Below, one piece after another: positions 1 through 7,563 of a stretch of 53,570 bases of DNA. Position 1 is the first letter of the stretch. Every line of letters begins with the position of its first letter. The notes beneath the pieces are model-generated. The model was not told the DNA's origin. It searched no databases and saw nothing but the letters and a program-made list of their open reading frames with translations. The stretch lies in the NCBI GenBank assembly GCA_964579955.1, contig CAZOJA010000001.1, positions 1 to 53,570 of the forward strand, given 5' to 3'. Both the position numbers and the translations under genes were made by a program. This DNA is from an uncultured Veillonellaceae bacterium. Its GTDB lineage: Bacteria; Bacillota; Negativicutes; UBA1444.

Positions 1-1
1 A

Positions 2-55
2 GTCATGCAACTGAACGAACAAGCCATCCGTCGCGGCATGGCCTGCATCAGCTGA
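2..55 (+). CDS. C-terminal end of an unidentified CDS entering from the left edge
   Basis: The frame is open from the window edge to TGA at 53-55 (...VMQLNEQAIRRGMACIS*) and is followed by a terminator. It is too short to name. Confidence 0.3.
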   Translation, partial: VMQLNEQAIRRGMACIS

Positions 56-66
56 AATAAGCAGAC

Positions 67-99
67 AAGAGGGGCTGGATGATCCGGCCCTTCTTTTTT
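67..99 (+). terminator. Intrinsic terminator
   Basis: A 12-bp stem (AAGAGGGGCTGG / CCGGCCCTTCTT, two G-U pairs) with loop ATGAT, followed by a T-run. Confidence 0.6.
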
Positions 100-184
100 A
101 TTCCGTCGCAGTGATTATTCTTGCCGCAAGCAGGAAAATACTGCATAAATAGCGAAAGAATCGTGTGAGAGGCAGGCGAGAAAA

Positions 185-844
185 ATGACGTTTGATTTTC
201 ATACCCATTCTTTCTTCAGTGATGGCGCATTGTCGCCGATTGAACTGATCCGTCGGGCGCATGTGGCCGGTTATCGGGCGATTGCCGTTACTGACCATGT
301 CGGATTGGCCAATATCGAACAGGTGATCCGTGAAGTAAGCCGTGACTGTCTGCTGGCGGAGAAGCACTGGGGGATCAAAGCGTTGCCCGGGGTCGAATTG
401 ACCCATGTACCGGCCGCGGCGATTGCTGAGTGCGCCAAGCTGGCAAAAAAATGCGGTGCCAAGGTCGTGGTGGTTCATGGCGAGACGCCGGTGGAGCCGG
501 TCGAACCGGGAACCAACCGGGCGGCGCTGATGTCCTCCTATGTAGATATCTTGGCTCATCCTGGCTTCATTACGACAGAAGAGGCCCAGATCGCGGTAGT
601 CAATGATATTTACCTTGAAATCACCGCCAGGGGCGGCCATTCGCTGACCAATGGCCATGTGGCCAAAGTCGGGCTGGCCGTGGGGGCAAAGCTGATCGTC
701 AACAGCGATACACATAGCCCGGACAACTTGATGAAGGCGGGCTTCGCCGCCAAGGTCGCACAAGGGGCAGGCATCCCGGTCGAGTTTTTGGAATCCGTGC
801 TGGTCAATCATCCGTTGGAATTACTGAAGCGATTTGAAGGATAA
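185..844 (+). CDS. PHP-domain metal-dependent phosphoesterase (histidinol-phosphatase-like family)
   Basis: 219-aa ORF. The N-terminal FDFHTHSFFSDG and later AVTDH and VNSDTH histidine/aspartate motifs are typical of PHP domains. Confidence 0.8.
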   Translation: MTFDFHTHSFFSDGALSPIELIRRAHVAGYRAIAVTDHVGLANIEQVIREVSRDCLLAEKHWGIKALPGVELTHVPAAAIAECAKLAKKCGAKVVVVHGETPVEPVEPGTNRAALMSSYVDILAHPGFITTEEAQIAVVNDIYLEITARGGHSLTNGHVAKVGLAVGAKLIVNSDTHSPDNLMKAGFAAKVAQGAGIPVEFLESVLVNHPLELLKRFEG

Positions 845-887
845 GAAAGATAAAAGGTATTGTCAGTATTGAAGGAGGCGGACTCGA

Positions 888-1709
888 ATGAATTGCCAAC
901 GCTGTGGTCGGGACAACCCACCGGAAATCGCTTATTGTCAGGGGTGCGGCAATGCCATGTATGCAAGCCAACCACCGCCGCCCGTTTATGGCGGCTATCA
1001 ACAACCTGGCTATCCCCCACAACAACCGCTGCCAGGGTATCCTCCGGCAATGAGCTACGGACCGACAAATTATGCGGGGATCGGAGCGCGATTCCTGGCA
1101 ATGCTGATCGACGGAATCGTGATCGGCATTCCGATCGGCATCATTTCTGCAGCACTGAGCGCGATGATGGCTGCCCGTGTCGTCACACGCGCAGCAGGCA
1201 AAACGTATAATCCTGGCATGGCGGCAACCGATGTCGGTACCGTATTTGCCGGATTCGGTTTTATCATGATTATATCGGCGTTGTTAACCTGGGCTTATTT
1301 TGCGATGATGGAAAGTTCCTCCTGGCAGGCCACGCTGGGCAAAAAAATCATGGGAATCAAAGTGGCGGACGCAAATGGCGCCAGGATATCACTCGGCCGG
1401 GCAACTTTACGACTCGCCATCAAAGCATTTCTCAGCGGCTGGTTCCTGATCGGCTATATCATGGCTTTCTTTACCCAACGCAAACAGGCGCTGCATGACA
1501 TGATCGCCGGCACACTGGTATTGACGCGCGATGGATATCCAGCGGTTGCCGGATATCCACAGCAGCAACAACAGTATCCGCCGCCTAATCCCTATGCGGC
1601 CCAACCGGTAAATTATCCGCCGCCGCAACCGTCTGCAGGTTGCCCGCACTGCGGCGCTGCGTTGCCTCCCGGCGCACGTTTTTGCAGCAACTGCGGCAAA
1701 AATATCTGA
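888..1709 (+). CDS. RDD-family membrane protein flanked by N- and C-terminal zinc ribbons and P/Q/Y-rich linkers
   Basis: SD GAAGGAGG lies 9 nt upstream of the ATG. CxxC...CxxC occurs at both ends (CQRCG..CQGCG; CPHCG..CSNCG). The central hydrophobic core carries R..A..ID and ..LHDMIAGT.V, typical of RDD domains. Confidence 0.8.
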   Translation: MNCQRCGRDNPPEIAYCQGCGNAMYASQPPPPVYGGYQQPGYPPQQPLPGYPPAMSYGPTNYAGIGARFLAMLIDGIVIGIPIGIISAALSAMMAARVVTRAAGKTYNPGMAATDVGTVFAGFGFIMIISALLTWAYFAMMESSSWQATLGKKIMGIKVADANGARISLGRATLRLAIKAFLSGWFLIGYIMAFFTQRKQALHDMIAGTLVLTRDGYPAVAGYPQQQQQYPPPNPYAAQPVNYPPPQPSAGCPHCGAALPPGARFCSNCGKNI

Positions 1710-1754
1710 GGTCTTCCGCTGCACTGTGATGAGATGAACCGGGAGGTGCTGAAG

Positions 1755-2648
1755 ATGAGACGGTTTGACCATTGTTTTATGCCGTTCATAGTGATCGGAC
1801 TGTTGTTTGCTGTCTCTCTGGGACTGTTGGGGTGTGGCGGCGCGGCCAAAAATGAATCCGCACGGCCACCGGCTGCGCCCGGTTTGAAACAGGCGGCGCC
1901 TCCGGCTCCGGCAGCTACAGCGCTGGACACTAAGCAACCGGCTGTTAACCGAAAAATCATCGAAACCGCGCAAGTGTCTTTAGAAGCAAGGGATTTGCCG
2001 GCAACGGAAATCAAGGTGTTCGAATTACTGGACAAGCGACAGGGGAAAGTGGACTCCTCGAATGTCACGATGGACAGCAACGGTCGGCGCAACGGCGTCT
2101 ACACGCTCCGGATTCCAGCCGGGCAGATAAGTCCGTATGTGAACGAACTGGCGGCGCTTCCGGATGTTGTTGTCAGACAGCGCAGCATATCGGCGCAGGA
2201 TGTGACGGAAGAGTTCATCGACATTTCGGCGCGGCTGGAAAACATGCAGCGGCATGAAGCGCGACTGCGCGAAATTCTGGCGAAAGCCAACACCGTGGAT
2301 GAAATTTTAAAAGTGGAAAAGGAACTGGCAAACGCCAGAGGACAGATTGAAAGCGCCACAGCGAGGATCAAGGCGCTTAGCGGTAGAATCGAACTTTCGA
2401 CCGTAACGTTGCGGATCAGTGAAGTAACCGTGATTACCGAAACAAATTTCTTCGGCAAGTTGATGGCGATTCTGCGCGACAGTTGGGTGGCGGCCGGCGA
2501 TGTGGTGCTTTACCTTATCGCTACGGTGATCGTTCTTTCGCCGCTTGCGCTGCTCGTTGCCGTGATCGTCTGGTTCTGGCGAAAGCGGCGTTCCCGGCAG
2601 CAACAACAACCCCCTGCGCCTACGCCGCCCGACTCGCAACGCCCTTAG
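1755..2648 (+). CDS. Putative lipoprotein with coiled-coil region and C-terminal TM anchor (DUF4349-like)
   Basis: The start is moved to the ATG at 1755, 6 nt after SD GGGAGGTG. There is a signal peptide with lipobox LLGC. The central heptad-like region (ARLENMQRHEARLREILAKANTVDEILKVEKELANARGQIE) and terminal TM match my recollection of DUF4349. Confidence 0.65.
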   Translation: MRRFDHCFMPFIVIGLLFAVSLGLLGCGGAAKNESARPPAAPGLKQAAPPAPAATALDTKQPAVNRKIIETAQVSLEARDLPATEIKVFELLDKRQGKVDSSNVTMDSNGRRNGVYTLRIPAGQISPYVNELAALPDVVVRQRSISAQDVTEEFIDISARLENMQRHEARLREILAKANTVDEILKVEKELANARGQIESATARIKALSGRIELSTVTLRISEVTVITETNFFGKLMAILRDSWVAAGDVVLYLIATVIVLSPLALLVAVIVWFWRKRRSRQQQQPPAPTPPDSQRP

Positions 2649-2706
2649 GTCCAAGCCGGTGTTTGACCGGAGGTAATAGGTAATATCAGCGTATTGCAGA
2701 GAGGAC

Positions 2707-3951
2707 TTGATGATGATGAATGACGATCAAAAACTCCATGGCAAAGTACTGGTGGCCCAGGGCGGCGGTCCGACCGCTGTCATCAATCAATCCCTGGCTG
2801 GCGTCGTACTCGAATCGAGAAAATTTCCCCAGGTCACCCGCGTATACGGTGCAATCAATGGCGTTAAGGGAATCGCCAATGAAGATTTCCTTGACTTGAC
2901 GCAGGAAACGACGCACAATCTGGAACAGGTCGCATTGACGCCTTCTTCGGCCTTATTGTCCACGCGTGACAAGCCGGATGAAAAGTATTGCCGTGCCATG
3001 TTTGAAGTGATGCAGGCCCATGATATCCGTTATTTCTTTTATATCGGCGGTAATGATTCGTCCGATACGGTGCGGATTATCAATGAACAGGCGGAAACTG
3101 CCCAATACGATTTCCGCGCCATTCATATCCCCAAAACCATCGACAACGATCTGGTGCTGAACGATCACACGCCGGGATATGGTTCAGCAGCCCGTTTTGT
3201 CACGCAGGCCTTTATTGGCGCCAATCTGGATAACCGTGCCTTGCCTGGCGTATATATCGGCGTGGTCATGGGTCGACATGCCGGTTTTCTCACCGCTGCC
3301 GCTTCGATCGCGCAAAAATATCCCAACGATGGGCCACACCTGATCTACTTGCCGGAACGGGCATTTGACATCGAAAAATTTCTGCTGGATGTCAAACAGA
3401 CCTATGATCGAATCGGTTGCTGCGTAATTGCCGTATCGGAAGGAATCCAGGACAAAGACGGCGTGCCGATCATGTCGAAACTGGTGAGCTGTGTGGAAAA
3501 AGACGCGCATGGCAATTTACAGCTGTCAGGTACCGGGATGTTGGGCGACTTGCTGGCGCAGGAGATTAAAGATAAACTGAAGATTACAAGGGTTCGATCG
3601 GATACCTTCGGTTATCTGCAACGGTCCTTCTTCGGCTGCGTATCCGATGTAGACCAACATGAAGCGCGAGAAGTCGGGGAGAGGGCGGTTCAGTTCGCTT
3701 TATGGCACAACATGGATGGATCGGTAGTGCTCGACCGTACTGGATTCTACTCGGTCGATTATCGGTTGGCGCCGCTGGCGGCGGTGGCAGGAAAGACCCG
3801 CCACATGCCTGATGAATTCATCAATGCGGCTGGCAATCATGTCACGGATGCCTTCAAGTTCTACGTAAGGCCGCTGCTGGGGTCGGGTCTTGGTTCGGCT
3901 ACGCAGTTGCGGGCGCCAAAGGCGGAGAAAATCCTGCGAAAGAGCAAGTAA
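2707..3951 (+). CDS. pfp: Phosphofructokinase, pyrophosphate-dependent type (diphosphate--fructose-6-phosphate 1-phosphotransferase)
   Basis: PFK motifs are GGGPTAVINQS, YIGGNDS, IPKTIDNDL and MGRHAG. Asp in GGNDS and Lys in PKTIDND form the PPi-type signature. The exact start among TTG 2707 and ATG 2710-2716 is uncertain. Confidence 0.8.
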   Translation: MMMMNDDQKLHGKVLVAQGGGPTAVINQSLAGVVLESRKFPQVTRVYGAINGVKGIANEDFLDLTQETTHNLEQVALTPSSALLSTRDKPDEKYCRAMFEVMQAHDIRYFFYIGGNDSSDTVRIINEQAETAQYDFRAIHIPKTIDNDLVLNDHTPGYGSAARFVTQAFIGANLDNRALPGVYIGVVMGRHAGFLTAAASIAQKYPNDGPHLIYLPERAFDIEKFLLDVKQTYDRIGCCVIAVSEGIQDKDGVPIMSKLVSCVEKDAHGNLQLSGTGMLGDLLAQEIKDKLKITRVRSDTFGYLQRSFFGCVSDVDQHEAREVGERAVQFALWHNMDGSVVLDRTGFYSVDYRLAPLAAVAGKTRHMPDEFINAAGNHVTDAFKFYVRPLLGSGLGSATQLRAPKAEKILRKSK

Positions 3952-4010
3952 CACATCTAGGCAAAGTAATACATCTTAATTTTAAGAACCGGGCAGCAGG
4001 GGAGAGATAC

Positions 4011-4049
4011 AAAAACAGCGGATGGTCAGATCGACCGTCCGCTGTTTTT
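4011..4049. terminator. Bidirectional intrinsic terminator between convergent pfp and the zinc-ribbon gene
   Basis: AAAAACAGCGGATGGTC-AGAT-CGACCGTCCGCTGTTTTT: a 13-bp stem flanked by an A-run and a T-run. Confidence 0.6.
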
Positions 4050-4101
4050 CATAATTCAATATTCTATGCTATGCGAGAGAAGACGGGAGAAGAAGATCTT
4101 A

Positions 4102-4821
4102 TCATTCGATCTTCTTGCGCAGGGCTGTCAAGGCCTGCTGAGTCTCACGCAGACGGGCCTGAGCCTGGGCTGAATATTCCTGCGAACGCCCAACCCAGTC
4201 TGGGTTGGGTGGCGCAAGTGATAATTTGCCTTCGAGATAGTCGGCCATTATTGCAGTGGACTTGCCAAGCAGGATGACTGTTTCTTTAAGCGGTACCAGA
4301 ACCGGACCGGCTTCGGCGATGGTGTCCGGTGGGATGGCTAGTTCGCCGAGCAAGGCATCGCACTTTCGCTGGATCGAGCGATAATTGGCGGCGGTACGAA
4401 TCGGCTCACCGGGAATATTGACTTTCTTAGCATCTTCTATTAACGCAGTGGCTTTCTGCAAGCCGATTGACAGCTGATTATAGGTGGCTTTAAGGGTTGC
4501 AACCGATGAAGCGGTGCCACTTGCAGGCTTTGTCTCTGTAGTTGGCGCAGTTTGCTGAGCTGTTGACCCTGTGCGGTTAAACCAAGCCTGAATTGCCGGC
4601 GAGGAATAATAGGTGTAAGAGAGACCAAACGCCATCACGACAGCGACAAGATACAATATGATCCATTTAGTCAACGAGGCCGCTGATTGAACGGAACGTC
4701 TTGTTTGCGGCTGAGCCGGCACTGGCGGCAAGGCGCAGAGATATTCGATCTGCCTGCCGCAATTTGAACAAAACTTTTCTCGTCGGGGTATTTCATGGCC
4801 GCAATGACAGCAAAAGTGCAA
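4102..4821 (-). CDS. Zinc-ribbon membrane protein of unknown function
   Basis: TTG start with SD GGGAGGG 7 nt upstream. N-terminal CCHCG-x11-CSNCG zinc ribbon, one TM (WIILYLVAVVMAFGL), and a helical extracytoplasmic C-terminal domain. Confidence 0.6.
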   Translation of the reverse strand: MHFCCHCGHEIPRREKFCSNCGRQIEYLCALPPVPAQPQTRRSVQSAASLTKWIILYLVAVVMAFGLSYTYYSSPAIQAWFNRTGSTAQQTAPTTETKPASGTASSVATLKATYNQLSIGLQKATALIEDAKKVNIPGEPIRTAANYRSIQRKCDALLGELAIPPDTIAEAGPVLVPLKETVILLGKSTAIMADYLEGKLSLAPPNPDWVGRSQEYSAQAQARLRETQQALTALRKKIE

Positions 4822-4984
4822 GCAAGATCCCTCCCAAAATTCACGTCTATAATTTTAACATGGAAACGCCAGCGAGAAAAGCTGGTTGGGTAGATAGAGG
4901 GATATCTGCGATCTTTGACTCGTAAATGTTACTTTACATAATATATATTATCGGACGTCAAAACCATAAATAGAAAACCAAGAC

Positions 4985-4995
4985 GAACATGATCA
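4985..4995. repeat. Left arm of an 11-bp inverted repeat (GAACATGATCA)
   Basis: Exact reverse complement of 5083-5093. Confidence 0.8.
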
Positions 4996-4998
4996 GAT

Positions 4999-5135
4999 TC
5001 GACAATCGACAATCATCGAACCGGGATCAAGGATCAACTTGGTTTATTGGTTTATTATCATCAGTCAATGCTCAATAGTCAATGATCATGTTCTATTAGC
5101 GTCGGCAAAATCATCGACTCATTATCGACTCATTA
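4999..5135. repeat. Run of five short tandem or near-tandem direct duplications
   Basis: TCGACAA x2 (4999-5012); GGATCAA x2 (5024-5037); TGGTTTAT x2 (5040-5055); AGTCAATG at 5063 and 5078; TCGACTCATTA x2 (5114-5135). All were read directly from the sequence. Confidence 0.8.
5083..5093. repeat. Right arm of the 11-bp inverted repeat (TGATCATGTTC)
   Basis: Exact reverse complement of 4985-4995. Confidence 0.8.
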
Positions 5136-5502
5136 ATGCGTATCTATGTTGGTCGATTGATGCACTAGCTACAGGAATCATAATGATTTGTCCTGGCGAT
5201 AAGGCTTGTGTTGCGCTCATGTTGTTCAATTTCTGAATGGCGATGATTTTATCGCGAACGTCTTCATCTGCGGTGATGGCCTTACTGGCGATGCGCCATA
5301 ATGTGTCGCCGGTAGCGATCTTATAACTGATCAGTTGATTATTGTGAACCCCGCTCATCTCGGAGACCTTATCGAACATATGATTAGTTAACGTATAGCC
5401 AATGATAAAAAGAACAACAAGACTACAAATCAGCAAATTAGCTTTGTGTAGAGCCTGGCGGCGGTTGGAGCTGCGTTTCGTTCGCGGAATTCTTGATGTC
5501 AT
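5122..5502 (-). CDS. yneA: LysM-domain single-pass membrane protein, YneA-like SOS cell-division inhibitor candidate
   Basis: It is divergent from lexA with LexA boxes in the shared region. It has a basic N-terminus, a TM (LLICSLVVLFIIGY) and a LysM-like segment (YKIATGDTLWRIASKA...LSPGQIIMIP). SD GGGAGTGA. Confidence 0.6.
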   Translation of the reverse strand: MTSRIPRTKRSSNRRQALHKANLLICSLVVLFIIGYTLTNHMFDKVSEMSGVHNNQLISYKIATGDTLWRIASKAITADEDVRDKIIAIQKLNNMSATQALSPGQIIMIPVASASIDQHRYALMSR

Positions 5503-5515
5503 GGCTAATCACTCC

Positions 5516-5529
5516 CGAACATTTGTTTC
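5516..5529. promoter_or_regulatory. LexA (Cheo-type) box 1: CGAACATTTGTTTC
   Basis: GAAC-N4-GTTT core in the lexA/yneA-like intergenic region, 14 nt upstream of the yneA-like start codon region. Confidence 0.75.
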
Positions 5530-5538
5530 TGATATAAG

Positions 5539-5567
5539 ATTATCACAGAACAAATGTTTGTGCAAGA
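5539..5567 (-). promoter_or_regulatory. Candidate promoter of the yneA-like gene
   Basis: On the minus strand there is an extended -10 TGTGATAAT (hexamer 5544..5539) and a -35-like TTGCAC/TCTTGC. LexA box 2 fills the spacer. Confidence 0.45.
5547..5560. promoter_or_regulatory. LexA box 2: AGAACAAATGTTTG
   Basis: GAAC-N4-GTTT core. Confidence 0.75.
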
Positions 5568-5572
5568 GTTTG

Positions 5573-5586
5573 CGAACAAATGTTTT
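5573..5586. promoter_or_regulatory. LexA box 3: CGAACAAATGTTTT
   Basis: GAAC-N4-GTTT core overlapping the -35 position of the lexA promoter. Confidence 0.75.
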
Positions 5587-5611
5587 ATATTTTCCGTCGA
5601 TGTGATATAAT
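5583..5611 (+). promoter_or_regulatory. lexA promoter
   Basis: Extended -10 TGATATAAT (5603-5611) and a weak -35 TTTTAT 17 nt upstream. SD GGGAGG precedes the ATG at 5645. Confidence 0.5.
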
Positions 5612-5644
5612 TTGCTCAAATCCAATTGAATCGGGAGGCGTAAG

Positions 5645-6262
5645 ATGAAAAAGCAATCGCCGATTTCGTCAAAACAACAGCAGATATTAGAGGTTATACA
5701 ATCAGCAATCAAGGTGAAAGGTTACCCGCCCAGCGTCAGGGAAATCGGTGAAGCCGTCGGCCTTAAGTCCCCTTCCACCGTTCATATGCATTTGAATAAA
5801 CTGGAGCAAATCGGGGCAATACGTCGTGAGTCGGAAAAAAACCGGGCGATTGATGTGGTGGGTTCTTCCTCTCTGCGCAACGCCCCGATGACCTTGGTAC
5901 CGCTTATCGGTCGAGTCACAGCTGGACAACCTGTTTTGGCCACGGAAAATATTGAGGATACTTACCCATTCCCCACCGATTTGGTTGGTCAGGAAAATGT
6001 TTTCATGTTAAAAGTGGATGGCGAGAGTATGATTCAGGCGGGAATCTTCGATGGTGATTACCTGATTGTACGGGATCAGGATTCCGCGCGTAACGGCGAT
6101 ATCGTTGTTGCTTTGGTGGATGGAGAGGAAGCGACTGTCAAGCGGTTTTTCCACGAAAAGGACCGTGTGCGCCTGCAACCGGAAAATGATCGTATGGATC
6201 CCATTTACACGCGTGATGTATCCGTATTGGGCAAAGTCATCGGTGTCTACAGGAAAATGTAG
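5645..6262 (+). CDS. lexA: LexA repressor
   Basis: 205 aa with a wHTH (SVREIGEAVGLKSPSTVHMHLNKLE), an Ala-Gly cleavage site in GRVTAGQP, and S24 peptidase Ser (GESM) and Lys (ATVKRF). Confidence 0.95.
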   Translation: MKKQSPISSKQQQILEVIQSAIKVKGYPPSVREIGEAVGLKSPSTVHMHLNKLEQIGAIRRESEKNRAIDVVGSSSLRNAPMTLVPLIGRVTAGQPVLATENIEDTYPFPTDLVGQENVFMLKVDGESMIQAGIFDGDYLIVRDQDSARNGDIVVALVDGEEATVKRFFHEKDRVRLQPENDRMDPIYTRDVSVLGKVIGVYRKM

Positions 6263-6304
6263 TCAGACTTCAGTAATTTCATTCACGTCATAAAATTTTT
6301 GCTA

Positions 6305-6372
6305 AAAATAATAACCTGGTTGGCGCACAGAATCTCAGTGTTTGAGTTTGGCGCTACCAGGTTATTTATGTT
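6305..6372. terminator. Possible bidirectional terminator between convergent lexA and the MinD-like gene
   Basis: Imperfect long hairpin AATAACCTGGTTGGCGC ... GGCGCTACCAGGTTATT, flanked by an A-rich 5' side and a T-rich 3' side. The loop is about 21 nt, so it is weak. Confidence 0.35.
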
Positions 6373-6397
6373 TATATCGCACTTGAAAATATGCGGA

Positions 6398-7531
6398 TCA
6401 GCGTTTGCTGCCAAACACTCCGAGCAACTTGCGGACAAAACCGCCGATATTGCTTGCTTCTTTCAGAGGCGGCAGGCCGATGATTTTGTCGGCAATACGA
6501 TGGATGCTGCGGGCAGGCGCGCAGTTGGGCTCTAACAACACCAACGGGCATTGTTTACGCAAGGAACGGGTGATGGCTTTATCTTCCTCGACACCGCCCA
6601 AGAATTCAAGTTCTTCGTTCAGGTACTGCGATACTACGCTGCGTAGTCGCGAGGCGATGATTCCCGCTTCCAGATCGCCGTCCACCTTGTTGATGATCAG
6701 ACGTTTCTTGGCGCTGGTTCCGAGCGAGTGCATGACTTTGATGATGGCATAGGCATCGGTCATCGCATGCGGCTCCGGTGTGGTCACGACGATGACTTCA
6801 TCGGCTGCCAGCAGAAAGTTCGAAACATCTCGCGAAATCCCCGCCCCGGTATCCAGCAGCAAGATGTCAGCCATGCCGTCTAATTCGTTAAAACTGGTGA
6901 TGACCCGGGTAAACTGCGATTCGCTGAGTTGCGTCAGTTCCTGCAGGCCGGAACCGCCTGGAATCACGACAAAACCGCCTGGCGCAGTAAGGGCGATTTC
7001 TTGCAGCGTTTTTTGCCCGCTGATCAGATGCCCCAAATGATAATTGGCCTTGAGCCCAAGTACGACATCGACGTTGGCGGTTCCCAGGTCGGTATCGATG
7101 ACCACGACTTTTTGTCCCAATGCAGTGAAAGCAACTGCCAGATTGGTTGATAACGTGGTCTTTCCCACTCCGCCCTTGCCGCTGGTAACGGCAATTACGC
7201 GCAATGACTTGGGAGCGTTTGAAACGCGTGCGACGCGGGACACAGCGGTTGGTCGCATGCAGGTGTAGGCTCGCACCCCGGTCAGGTCACGACCGATGAT
7301 TTCAGAGGTAAAGACAAATGAGCTACGATCGGCCGATGGTAACGACAGTTCAAGTTTGGTGCCGACCGGCCATAACAGGATTTTGCCGTTGTCGTAAGGA
7401 ATGGCAAAAGAAAAGGCATGCTGTGTGACTTCAATGATGCGGGAGGAAAATACCGACTGGCCGTTCGCGTTCAATAGGCGGACGGAAATAGGCACACCAA
7501 CTGTAAACGAGGTATCTGTAGCCTGAATCAT
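6398..7531 (-). CDS. MinD/FlhG-type P-loop ATPase with an N-terminal PilZN (YcgR-N-like) beta-barrel and a C-terminal amphipathic helix
   Basis: Deviant Walker A SGKGGVGKTT, with DTD, DTGAG and the FlhG/MinD-like body. The N-terminal ~100 aa follow the YcgR_2/PilZN pattern (VG.PISV...FSSRIIEVT...FAIPYDNGK..LWPVGTKLELS...FVFTSEIIGRD). The C-terminus GGFVRKLLGVFG looks like a membrane-targeting helix. Confidence 0.8.
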   Translation of the reverse strand: MIQATDTSFTVGVPISVRLLNANGQSVFSSRIIEVTQHAFSFAIPYDNGKILLWPVGTKLELSLPSADRSSFVFTSEIIGRDLTGVRAYTCMRPTAVSRVARVSNAPKSLRVIAVTSGKGGVGKTTLSTNLAVAFTALGQKVVVIDTDLGTANVDVVLGLKANYHLGHLISGQKTLQEIALTAPGGFVVIPGGSGLQELTQLSESQFTRVITSFNELDGMADILLLDTGAGISRDVSNFLLAADEVIVVTTPEPHAMTDAYAIIKVMHSLGTSAKKRLIINKVDGDLEAGIIASRLRSVVSQYLNEELEFLGGVEEDKAITRSLRKQCPLVLLEPNCAPARSIHRIADKIIGLPPLKEASNIGGFVRKLLGVFGSKR

Positions 7532-7563
7532 TGCTTCAACTGCCCTTCAGAATCTCTTCGGTC

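Noticed and set aside
4999-5135. The short repeats as a CRISPR array, IS terminal repeats or an invertible promoter switch.
   Set aside because: The units are only 7-11 bp and directly abutting, with no spacers. There is no transposase, recombinase or cas gene anywhere in the window, and the 11-bp inverted repeat is short for a recombinase site.
6398-7531. c-di-GMP binding by the PilZN-MinD protein.
   Set aside because: I could not find the RxxxR and D/NxSxxG motifs of a true PilZ domain. Only the PilZN-type barrel is apparent, so no c-di-GMP claim is made.
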